From contig NIVC01000385.1 of the NCBI GenBank assembly GCA_002269645.1, forward strand, positions 310,001-374,000: a stretch of DNA of 64,000 bases. Direction: 5' to 3'. The notes under the pieces were generated by a model, which had not been told where the DNA came from, ran no database searches, and was given only the letters and a program-made list of their open reading frames with translations. Below, one piece after another: positions 11,896 through 42,700 of the stretch (its first letter is position 1; every line of letters begins with the position of its first letter). Source of the stretch: Macrostomum lignano. Its lineage: Eukaryota. Both the position numbers and the translations under genes were made by a program.

Positions 11896-14229
11896 TCCTG
11901 TCTGGTCGCAAGCGGCCTGTCCCTCAACGCCGGTCAGTGTGCAGTACAAGCCAGCAGATGAGCTGCTGCTCAATGACACTCTGAGCCACTGCGTGTCGGT
12001 GTTGGGCGAGTCGGAGAGCCTGCAGAGCTGCCTCATGAAGTCCGGCCGCCGGAACGCATCTGGCGCGGTGCTGCAGGGCGGCGTCTGTTTTGCGGTGCAG
12101 CTGTGGCCGTCATCGGAGCCGAACGGGTGCGGCGCTGTGTGGAACTTCACGGCTGGAGCGGGGCACCGGGTGTTCCTGGCCTCCGACTTCCCCAAGCGGC
12201 TGCCAGCCAGCGTTCGCAGCTTCAGTCGCTCGATCGCAGGTGAGTCATTACGCTGAGCACTCATGGTTGAGGAGGGTGAAAGTTTCTGCGATTGTCCAAA
12301 TGTACTAAAAAGTGAAAATGTTGCTCATTTTTAAATAAATTCAATTTAGTTGAGAAATCATAAACTGTTTCTGTGTAGTATTTTTCTTTATTGCACCTGC
12401 CGAAATGGGCAGATGTGCAAGCGACAGCTCAGCCGCAGCTATTGCGTGGCGCATCTGAAGGCTGCGTACGGCTGTTCAGTCCAAGGACTGGGGGGTCGCC
12501 ACACCCTCAATTACCCCAGCTAATGCTGGCACCCATTTTACAGCTGGGTGAACTGAAGCAATTCAGAGTTAAGTGTCTTTCTCAAGGACACAAACTGTTC
12601 CGAGTGGGTGGAGAATCGAACCCCCGACCTTTTAGTCGTGAGTCCGACGCTCTAACCTCTAGACTACAACCCCCTTAAGCATAAACTCTAGTGTGCGCAG
12701 TTTCATGTTTAGCTCACATGCAGTGTTCAGAATATTCAAAGGCCGCATTCAACCTCTGCAGCCGGTTCCGTCAGCAGCTTCTCCGTCCCGCTGACCGGCT
12801 GCTACGCCATCGCTGCTCAGAGCGGCTCAGGCGGCTCAGTCTCGTCCCCGCCGTCGGGCTTTTCCCCGTCAGTCGGTGGCAGCGGCGTCCAGCTGTCCGG
12901 CAAGTTCCAGCTGGCGGCCAACGCGGCTTTGAGCGTCGCGGCCGGCGGATCGGGCGGCAACGGTCGGGATTTCAGCGGCGCCGGCGGCGGCGGGGGCTCC
13001 TTCGTGTACTCGAGCGGCGGCGGCACGCTGTACCTGGCAGCCGGCGGTGGCGGCGGCGCCACTGCGGGAGTCGATGGTGAGCCGTTGTTGAATCTTTACC
13101 TGTTTGAAAACAGGTCTACAGTACGTTGGCTTGGCTAAAGCTGCTCCTTATATTTACTATAGTGCCTTCTGTTTCCGGTTTCTTGATACTATACACAAAA
13201 GGCCTTTGATTTTGACTCTTCGAGTAGTTGTGTAATTTGTGTTTAATTCACATCCATGTCCTACTGTAAGTAGTTTCTGTAGTAGGCCAACTGAGAGTTG
13301 GTGGCCGGATAGACAATGGGAGTTTAAGAGCTTCTCTAAAAGGAAAAGATCGTCTTCCTACTTGAGAAAAATTAGCGGCAAGGAAGAAAACTTAGGAGCA
13401 ATAAAGTAGGATTACGTAAGACCGGGGAGTAAGGGGACTTGGGATACGTAAAGCTGTTACCAGTTATGTTAGTCACTGCCAGATACAATATACACAAACA
13501 GTAGTCAATGCTTAAATACTTTTCACATGAGGGACCAATATTATAAAATATATTGCACGCATGGTTTGCTTCTGTTTATTTCGCGTCTTTCAAATTAATA
13601 CTCGTAATTCTCTTTGGATTCCTTTTAGTCTAGCCTTCCGACTCTCAACGTAATTTTTCACCGGCAGAACTGACCTTGGTTGGAAACCATTCTCTGTAGG
13701 ATCGTCTGGCCAGCCGAGTAGCCAAAGCGGCACCAACGCAGTGAAGCACTCAGACGCCGATAGCGGAGGCGGCAGCGGAGGCACGGGCGGAAATGGCGGC
13801 ACTCATGACGCTGGTTCGAAAAACTACAACGGCGGCTGCGGCGCTGGATGGCTTGGCAAGTCTGTCAGCGCATCTGGCAGCGGCAGTGACGGACGTCACG
13901 GCGGTGGCTTGTCGGAGGGATGGATCGGCGGAGCCGGCGGAAGTAGCGCCGGCATCGGTGGTCGGGCTGGAGGCGCCGGCGGCTTCGGCGGCGGAGGAGG
14001 AGGCGGCGGTTCTGGAGGTATATTGGCCACATTGCTGTCCTCCACTGGCGGAGCCTCAGGCGGCGGCGGCGGCTACAGCGGAGGCGGCGCCGGTCTGTCA
14101 AAGCTGTGGGCCGGCGGCGGCGGCGGGAGCTTCTGCGGCGGAGTCGGCTGCGTTGCCTCGGCGTCTGTGAACAGCACCGACGGCTGGGCCTCCGTGACCC
14201 TCGTCAGCGTCGAGGGCTGCGTCGTATGA
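11855..14229 (+). CDS. Secreted protein (about 409 aa): signal peptide, Cys-containing N-terminal domain and ALK/LTK-like glycine-rich domain; exons 11855-12239, 12762-13076, 13700-14229
   Basis: GT-AG junctions with matching phase 1/1. N-terminus MKCIPVLVQLLSLSPVWSQA looks like a signal peptide. Motifs FSVPLTGCYAIAAQSGSGG, GGGGGSFV...LYLAAGGGGG, GGCGAGW, GGFGGGGGG, GGGGGYSGG and GGGGGSF are typical of the ALK/LTK Gly-rich domain. No TM segment or kinase follows; stop at 14229. Confidence 0.8.
12390..12675 (-). mobile_element. CORE-like SINE (family B) in intron 1 of the Gly-rich gene
   Basis: Near-identical to 9371-9672. Confidence 0.85.
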
Positions 14230-16039
14230 AGATGCGCCATGAGTGATGTGATTTGATGTTAACAATTAAATAGCTGATGTTTTGCTGGAGCCAGATGAAA
14301 TTAAGATGTTACAATGCTTTGTATAACTAGTTGGATGAGAATTTCTATCAGTAAACTTGTATGCAGACACTGTGATCTATTATAGATGCCTTGTTGCATA
14401 TGCCTTGTTGCACTTAATCCACGACAGGGTAGCTTTTCAGCTCGCATTGACGAGCTGAATTTACCTACTGTTCCTTGCTGTTTTTATAGTGTACATTTAC
14501 TTTATATACGGGTCCTTAAAATATTTTTGTTGAAATTGATATACGCTTGTATCTAATCAATTATTTTTTCTATAAATTATGCCGACAGAGTACACAATAA
14601 ATAATTTCTTAAAAAGCTTATACAAGGCATAATAATATTTAACTCTCACCGTTCCGCTCGATGAATTTCAGCTTAAAGAAGATTCAAGAGCAGCATTGGC
14701 AGGAAAGGGGATGCGCGGTAGCACCATCGATGTCATAAAAGCAATTAACAGCTAGCTATATATTAAGTACAGCTCAATTAACAAGTACATGTCTTGTTGG
14801 CATTACGAAGATCAATGCATGCGACATGCAAAGAATGCAAGAAAATAGAAAAAGTAAAACAGAAAAAAATGAGCTCATGCAGGCAGCAAAAATGCAGAGT
14901 AAACAATAAAGCGAGACGCAAATCTCAACGGGCGACGGCGCCGGCGCCGGGAGATGGCTCACAGGCTAAAAAGCCCTCACGCACGCAGATACAAACACCC
15001 CTGCAGCGTGCCAGCGTCCAAGTTGTTCCTGAGTTTTTCAATCATTAGAACTAGTCGTTCTTGAACTATTTATCTCTCTATCTCTAAAACTCTATAATGC
15101 AGATGCAAAGCGCTGCATTCAACTCCGTTCTAAAGCCAAGTTTCGGGTTTCTATGCAATGTGTAAGTTAAACAAATATAAATTAAATATATTTCGTATTA
15201 ACAGCTACTATTCGATGTATAAAAATCCAAACTCACTATCTATCTGTAAGCAGTGTGTTAAAATGGAATTAATATGAAAAATCAACTGAGGAAAAACTGT
15301 TTAATCGAAACATTTTAATTAGTTCCAACACAGTTTTTAATTTACATTGGAAGCCCAGCCCTTAATCCTGAGTTAGTGAATATCTAGTTTGACTCATTAT
15401 TCTTTCGTAAATTTTCCTCTTGATATGAGAGCTGTATAAAGGCATGAATTTATGATTTTTTGTTTATAAATATAGCCATTATGTATTTTTTATATGTAAA
15501 TGTATTTTTTAAAGCCATGTACACTGATGTACCTTAATTACAATTTTACAACATAAGTTTCTCCTTTTGTTGCTTTCTTTGGTACAATTTTAACGAATTA
15601 CCTGCCTTCTTATTGCAAAAAAATTATATAGTTGTAGTTAAGATAAGTCATAATTCAATATTAAATAGACTTCATCAAACTTTATCTAGTAAGATATAGC
15701 AAAAAACTTAAAAGCTTTTTTCCATATGAAAAGACAATAGATTATATAATATAGTTTTGTCCAACTGAGTGAAATAGATCAAGTCTGGAAGTTCTACTTG
15801 CTTATTGCTTTTAGCCTTAATAAATCAATATTAAAAAGATTTTTTCTACTAATAAATAAGCTTAAAAAGGTAATAGTTTATTATGAGTAAATTTATTAGA
15901 CTAATTAAGCTCAAATTACTAATATAGGTTTTGGCCTACTACTACTTTTATTTTTGTTTCATTTACTTTTAACTAACTAAAAGATTAATCTGCTAATTAA
16001 AACAACATTTCAGCTATTTGTTAAGTAAAGATCACCAGT

Positions 16040-34842
<18,803 letters not shown>

Positions 34843-35739
34843 ACTTTTTTTAGGGAACGACCCGGTATTTTAAATGACTGCCTGATTGACCAGCTATTTT
34901 TATACAAAAACAACGAAAATACTGTTTTTTAATTCATATTTGTGCATTACTAAGTTTGTTACAATATATAAACAGTGCATATATACTATGCACTTATTCA
35001 GATGATTTTGTGATTGCATATATAAATTCGTAATTGTGCTTATTATTATTAATTTATCTGATGTGTCACGTACAAAGCTAGCTGTCTATTATTTGTTTGT
35101 CAACCATACAATTGTAAATGATATTGCAGTAAACGCGTACCCAATATCATTTGAAATGTTTTCTTTTGCTAAATTATCGATTTTCCAACCTTTTTATACT
35201 CCGCATGTCCGCTCGTAGATGCACATTAACTTTACAGGGTGTGAAGTACTTCTCGCCATCGGAATCTGAAATTTGAGTCGAGTCTTTTCTGTTTACCATA
35301 CGCTCATATTTGTTAAATTGATTTATTAAGTATATATGTGATTTTCTGGATCTGATCTGAACTGAGTCTAATATTGCAATTGTATACTTTGCATAGAAAT
35401 GTGTAGCTTTTTATCATACATTATGGTCTCAATTTTGCTACAGTCGTCAGTTTTATCTACGCCAGGTAAAATAAAGCCTATTTACGCCTGCATTACATTG
35501 TTGCTTCGAAAAGCACTAAATGATACACATATAAAAAACTCCTACTCATATTTGGCCTCTGACGACGTTAGTTTTTTATGTATACAGTACATACATGTGT
35601 ACATGCATACTTATTTTTACTTCTGTACGGAGAGAAATTTTTGCCACGGTGATTTGCTACTTGCACGAGTACAATGTATCTTTCCTGGATACATTCCTGG
35701 GGTATAAACGTACATCTTCGATTAAAGATATGACTGATG

Positions 35740-36006
35740 GGGTCTTGCATGGTATTTCGCGGCCCGGCCCGGCCCAGCTAGGACCGCGGCGTTGTTACTT
35801 TAGTTTTAAATTAATTTAGAAAATAGAGCATCAGAAGTTCATTAAATTGACAATCAATAGTTTAAAACGTAGTAAACTCACGATTGACTAAAAATATGCG
35901 GCATTCTAGTCAGTATTTTTTGTTTTACTTATTTACTAAAATTGATTTACATTGGCTAAATAGGGGCCGCCCGGGCCGAGCCGGACCGTGAATTACCGAT
36001 ACCCAC
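35740..36006. mobile_element. MITE, 267 bp, 8-bp TSD
   Basis: Direct repeat GACTGATG at 35732-35739 and 36007-36014. Inverted repeats ggtatttcgcggcccggcccggccc versus gggccgagccggaccgtgaattacc. Confidence 0.7.
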
Positions 36007-39000
36007 GACTGATGTAGTATAATTTAATATATGAATATTTGAAAAATAGTCAAATACAGCAATTTGACAAACCAAATGCTACCTTTGGTTGTAAACTGGT
36101 AGGTGGAAGTTGTGGTTGCTCTTGGTTATTAAGATCGTTGATTAACTAAAGCTTTATTAATTTATCGCTGCATTCGGCATTCTAACAGACGGCATCAACT
36201 AGACCACTCAGCCGCGACCACAGCAACCCCCCCCCCTGAGCCTAAGGAACTCAGCAGCCGGAGCTCCCCTTTATTCTGCACCCGGATTTTTTGCCGAGTT
36301 TGGTTCGAATGGTCAGGAACCGCGCCGATTTGAACTGCCCGAAAAGCAGTACGCCCGGCCCGAAAAATCCGTGACCACCAGAAAATAACGCCCAGTCACC
36401 CCGTCCTCAAAATCGTCGACTGTCGGCACATCCAAGTTGTTGTATTGTATACGTCATACGAGTTAAATGAGTATAAGTAGATGTTAATGGCCTGGCTATT
36501 TTGTATTATGTTATGAATGAGCCTTTATTTTTAATTCCTTGCATTGATTAAAAGTAATTCTAAGCCTAGCCTAAGGACTAATATCTTCATATTCTTGCCT
36601 ATTATCAATATCAATCAGTATAATATCAGCATTATATTATTTCTCTTGAATCGATATTAGCTGCAATGTGCCAAGAAGCCTTGGCTAGGACAACTAGCAG
36701 CAGTTGTATTTGCCTTAGAGACTTTTCGGCAATCCTACACTTCCATTCGGTAAATTATTTTGACACTGAATTTTGAACAGGCGCGTTAAATAACAATGTA
36801 ACCAAACAAAACTGAAACAGTGGAACATGGTAGCAGTCTATTAGAGCGCATAGTCACTTAGAGTGTGTCTGCAGGTCATTAAGGTGTCTATAATGGATAA
36901 TAATATCCAATCCAGTACAGGATAGCCCCAAATGGACATTGAGGATATAGACGACGCCAGAGGAATTCCTCAATGTGTGCATCGAAGAGAGCATCGCTCG
37001 TGCTATGCATGTTGCAGATCTTGCACTTCGCGTGGGCCTATATGCCCTCCACGGTGTTGGTGTGGACTGTTGGGTCCGCTGGATCTACAAAGTGCAGCCG
37101 ATGGGAAATGAGAAATTGAAGCTCAAAAAAACAAGCAGCTCACAAGAAACAGCTCCCTTAAACTGACACCCCCTTAAACTCTGTTCGCTCAAACTTTTGG
37201 CCATAGACACATTGCCAATTGACGTCATTTGACTCGGTGGTACGAATTCAAATGTTAAAATAATTTACTGAACAGAAGTGTAGGATTGCCGACTTTTCAT
37301 ATTACCAATTCCAGAATCAGTTCGGATCTTCCAAGAAAGACAGCAGTATAACTATTTAATTCTGTTGAATGTTTGACTGCCTTAACAACCTCACTTAGCA
37401 CAATTTTTCACTTTCTTCTTGGCAATTGTCATTCAGTAATAAAAACTTTATAGCACATATCTACCTCTATTTATGGAGACAAAAAGTTAGGCCTATACTT
37501 CACAACTTGGTTCTGGTTCTGGAACCAGAACAAGCAATATGAAAAGGCCCTTGTAACAAAAGTTTTGAGATATTTGTACTCAATTTTGAAACTTTTCTAG
37601 TCCCGACTCCTATAGGCCTAGGAGTTTCTATTCTACTAAAAGATATAAATAATTTAACAATAATAATTTCCCTTTTCCTTTTTTCAGACCCCAAAGGTGA
37701 AAGTAATTAAGAAAAAAGTCTAATTGAAATTTATAAGTTGTAAGTAGTTTGTTTTTATTCTCCAATATAATTGTAAAAATTTATTGTGATATTGTGATAG
37801 GCCAAATATACAAATTCCAATAGGGCCTAACATAAGGATCAGAATATAGCTGCAAAAGCCTGCCCTGCAAAAGCTTTATCATTATATCATTTCTTGTGAT
37901 CTAATGTTTTTTTAGAGCTTTTGATATAATAAACTATTATCTTTTTTCTTAGAAAATAGTACAAAACTAATATCTCTCAATGTACTTAAACTCTAGCAAT
38001 GTTTTTATATATATATATGTGTATGTGTGTGTTTTATTTTAGAAAATTAAATAAAAATTTAAATTGTTTCTTTAGCAATGGTTAGGCCTAAAAATTTCCT
38101 TTTGAAGTAATATGACATATTTACCTATTATGAAATATTGAGATAATGCATTAATAATACTGAATGCTACTCAATTTATATACATTTCTAACTTTTATTG
38201 ACCCATTCTTAGTCTTAATTGTTAAATATGAATGAACAAATAAATTGTTACTAATTTTAAGAGCCTGACAATGCCTGACGCGAGGCGAAACATATCGCAT
38301 AAAAAATGATAGCGCTTACCTTCTTAATTCTACTTATTCATTTTGTTTTGTTTCCTAGGAAGCCTTACTTCAAAACTGCATTAAAAACTTTTTTTGTTTG
38401 AACGTTATGAATTACAAAAATATTTTCCAACCAATCATTGTTATAAATGGTAAAATTTTTTAGTACAAATAGAAACAGAATGGGCCAAAAAGAGCAACTT
38501 GAGCTCCAGCATTAGACTTGCTCCTTTTTATAAACTAGCAAATTAATACAATCATTTGCATATAAAATTGCTATTGGCAGTACTTCAAGGACTTGTTTAT
38601 TTTAAGAGCCTCAATTTGGGAGTATCACTATCAGCCCTATTGGAATAAATTTTGAAAACCCACAGACTTGCACTTTAGAAAAGAGTGAAACTATTTTACT
38701 GTGCTTTAGGATTAGGCCTATTAGAGATGTTCCAAAAGAGCGCAGTTTTGTTAAAATCAAAATTTGCTAACTTTCCAAAATCAAAACTGAAATTTCCTGA
38801 AATCATAACTTAGAAAAACAAAGTTTAGTATGACCAACACTCACTTTTTCACTTTCAATTTACTGCAAAATGTATTACATGTATATGTAGTAGAAATTAG
38901 TTTATTTTAGCGACTTTTAGACACTATAAAAGAATAATTTTTAATTTTTAAAAGAATAAAAATTAGCATAGAATTTACATACTATCAAAAATGTGCCTTA

Positions 39001-39084
39001 TTTTTAACAATATTTGTTGCTGAAAAAATCCTAGATAAGCTTATTGAAAGGTTTTTATAGAAACCTGTTATTTATATTACATCT

Positions 39085-39285
39085 CTACCACCTTAAGTCT
39101 CCCTTTGAGTCTACCCTTCTGTCCCCTTATTGAGTCTTCCTCTGCCCCCTTGAGTCTGCCTCTTTGCCCCTTTGAGTCTACCTCTCTGTCCCCTTATTGA
39201 GTCTGCCTCTGCCCCCTTGAGTCTGCTTCTTTGCCCTTTGAGTCTACCTCTCTGCCCCCTTAAGTCTGCCTGTCTGTCCTATAGT
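39085..39285. repeat. About 22-bp degenerate minisatellite (gagtctacctctctgcccc)
   Basis: Direct inspection. Confidence 0.8.
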
Positions 39286-39477
39286 TAATGACATTTTTGT
39301 TAGTTAGTTGGATTTTTAAATATTATTTGATATAGTACTATTGTTTTCATATAAAATGTACAAATTGAACAAATAATTGTCACCTAATTGGAATTAAAAA
39401 AACCATCAAAAACCAGACAAACAGATAGCCAACAACCAGTTTTTTCATTATTGGTTTAAACTGGTTGGCATCCCATG

Positions 39478-39680
39478 TATACAGTCTTTGGACTGGGAGG
39501 TCGCCATACACCCTCAATTACCCCAGCTAATGCTAGTACCCATTTTATAGCTGGGTAAACTGAAGCAATGCAGAGTTGAATGCCTTGCTTAAGTATACAA
39601 GTTTTTTAACAAATGGAATTAGGAATAAAACCCAAGCTTCAAGTTGGGTGTCTAACACTAACCACTAGGCTACAATCCCC
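39478..39680 (-). mobile_element. CORE-like SINE (family B), diverged, 3'-truncated
   Basis: ggactgggaggtcgccatacaccctcaattaccccagctaatgc...ttttatagctgggtaaactgaagc matches the family B core. Confidence 0.8.
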
Positions 39681-39751
39681 TAACTAAACAGCTTTCAAAA
39701 TGAACAATATTTAATATAACTACCTCTCTATTTGCAGTAAATAATAATTGC

Positions 39752-42700
39752 ATGGCTGACAAGCAGGCTCTAAAGCAAAGCCTTAGACATGCATCTCAAG
39801 CAATTGCCATTACAAGACACAATTTAGTCACTGTTTGCAGGTAAGATTTTGTTTTAATTACTTTTAAAAATGTGACAAAATCTGACTTCACACTTGATCT
39901 ATTTTTCATTGCAGTCTATGTGTGAAGAGTATATTAGACAGAGCCTGCTTTCAAGTTGTTGAAGAATCGTCATTGGATCTGCAAAATCTTCTTAATATTA
40001 TTGAGACAATCTTCTTTTTTCAGTTCAAGGGTGAGTTTTGTGTATTACTGCTAGTCTATGTATGTTTAAGTTTAATTATACAATGTTCTTGCTTAATAAT
40101 ATTCATTTATAGGTAGCATTGACAATAAAAGAAATCCATACACTGTACTTCGGTCCTGCACTTCTAAGGGCACTTTAAATCTGTTTCAAACTATTGAAAG
40201 TTTGGACAAACTGAACCACTTTATCGGGAGGGTAAGCCTTCAATTTGTGTTTTTTATTAGTAGCATATTTTTAACTCCGTTGTGTTGCTACCATTGCAGT
40301 TTCGCGGTGCCATCAGATTAGCCTTGATGAATAAGTGCCTTTATCAACTGCTTGACACCCTGCTTGCCAAGCGATCCGTCCTTGAGTAAGTTGGTGATTT
40401 TATGTTTTTCATCAAAATAATTCACATTAATATACTGTGGTTTAAGTCAGCCCTAAATCCTAATCCTATTTTGGATTGTTCTTCACTCTTGGCACAGTGA
40501 CTTCGCTAATACAATTGCGTCACTTGTGAATGCTAGTGAAGGCAGATTATAACTGACGGTATCAATGCAGTCTGTCTTCGTTGTCGAGCTCAATATTCGT
40601 AGCTAGACTCCGACCTCTGGGATTGCTACAGGTATTTACCTACCTGTAATTGTCCTTCACTCTTGGCACAGTGGCAATGTGACATATTGTGTCACTTGTG
40701 AATGCTAGTGAAGGCAGATTATAACTGACGGTATTAGGGCAGTCTGTCTTCGTTGTCAAGCTCAATATTCATAGCTAGACTCCGACCTCTGGGATTGCTA
40801 CAGGTATTTACCTACCTGTAATTGTCCTTCACTCTTGGCACAGTGGCATTATTGTGTCACTTGTGAATGCTACTGAAGGCAGATTATAACTGACGGTATC
40901 AATGCAGTCTGTCTTCGTTGTCGAGCTCAATATTCGTAGCTAGACTCCGACCTCTGGGATTGCTACAGGTATTTACCTACCTGTAATTGTCCTTCACTCT
41001 TGGCACAGTGGCAATGTGACATATTGTGTCACTTGTGAATGCTAGTGAAGGCAGATTATAACTGACGGTATTAGGGCAGTCTGTCTTCGTTGTCAAGCTC
41101 AATATTCATAGCTAGACTCCGACCTCTGGGATTGCTACAGGTATTTACCTACCTGTAATTGTCCTTCACTCTTGGCACAGTGGCATTATTGTGTCACTTG
41201 TGAATGCTAGTGAAGGTAGATTATAACTGACGGTATTAGGGCAGTCTGTCTTCGTTGTCAAGCTCAATATTCATAGCTAGACTCCGACCTCTGGGATTGC
41301 TACAGGTATTTACCTACCTGTAATTGTCCTTCACTCTTGGCACAGTGGCATTATTGTGTCACTTGTGAATGCTAGTGAAGGCAGATTATAACTGACGGTA
41401 TCAATGCAGTCTGTCTTCGTTGTCGAGCTCAATATTCGTAGCTAGACTCCGACCTCTGGGATTGCTACAGGTATTTACCTACCTGTAATTGTCCTTCACT
41501 CTTGGCACAGTGACTTCGCTAATACAATTGCGTCACTTGTGAATGCTAGTGAAGGCAGATTATAACTGACGGTATCAATGCAGTCTGTCTTCGTTGTCAA
41601 GCTCAATATTCATAGCTAGACTCCGACCTCTGGGATTGCTACAGGTATTTATCTACCTGTAATTGTCCTTCACTCTTGGCACAGTGGCAATGTGACATAT
41701 TGTGTCACTTGTGAATGCTAGTGAAGGTAGATTATAACTGACGGTATTAGGGCAGTCTGTCTTCGTTGTCAAGCTCAATATTCATAGCTAGACTCCGACC
41801 TCTGGGATTGCTACAGGTATTTACCTACCTGTAATTGTCCTTCACTCTTGGCACAGTGGCATTATTGTGTCACTTGTGAATGCTAGTGAAGGCAGATTAT
41901 AACTGACGGTATTAGGGCAGTCTGTCTTCGTTGTCAAGCTCAATATTCATAGCTAGACTCCGACCTCTGGGATTGCTACAGGTATTTACCTACCTGTAAT
42001 TGTCCTTCACTCTTGGCACAGTGGCATTATTGTGTCACTTGTGAATGCTAGTGAAGGCAGATTATAACTGACGGTATCAATGCAGTCTGTCTTCGTTGTC
42101 GAGCTCAATATTCGTAGCTAGACTCCGACCTCTGGGATTGCTACAGGTATTTACCTACCTGTAATTGTCCTTCACTCTTGGCACAGTGGCAATGTGACAT
42201 ATTGTGTCACTTGTGAATGCTAGTGAAGGCAGATTATAACTGACGGTATTAGGGCAGTCTGTCTTCGTTGTCAAGCTCAATATTCATAGCTAGACTCCGA
42301 CCTCTGGGATTGCTACAGGTATTTATCTACCTGTAATTGTCCTTCACTCTTGGCACAGTGGCAATGTGACATATTGTGTCACTTGTGAATGCTAGTGAAG
42401 GCAGATTATAACTGACGGTATTAGGGCAGTCTGTCTTCGTTGTCAAGCTCAATATTCATAGCTAGACTCCGACCTCTGGGATTGCTACAGGTATTTATCT
42501 ACCTGGAATTGCAGGCAGTTATATAGATATGATTAGAAGCTAGATGCAAAGGTTATAATGTTATATTATCATATCCTTACAGACTGCACTATTTTGAGGA
42601 CTCGGTATTTCGTTGTCCAGATGCGGTGGCTCTGGTCTCCCAGTTAGCTGGCTTAGACGCTCTGGATCTCAGCTTTGACCTTCGCTGTCCGAAACTATTA

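Noticed and set aside
36180-37166. Coding-looking segments between TEP and RUNDC3
   Set aside because: Interrupted by stops and a poly-C run. No family was recognised and they could not be linked in phase to either gene.
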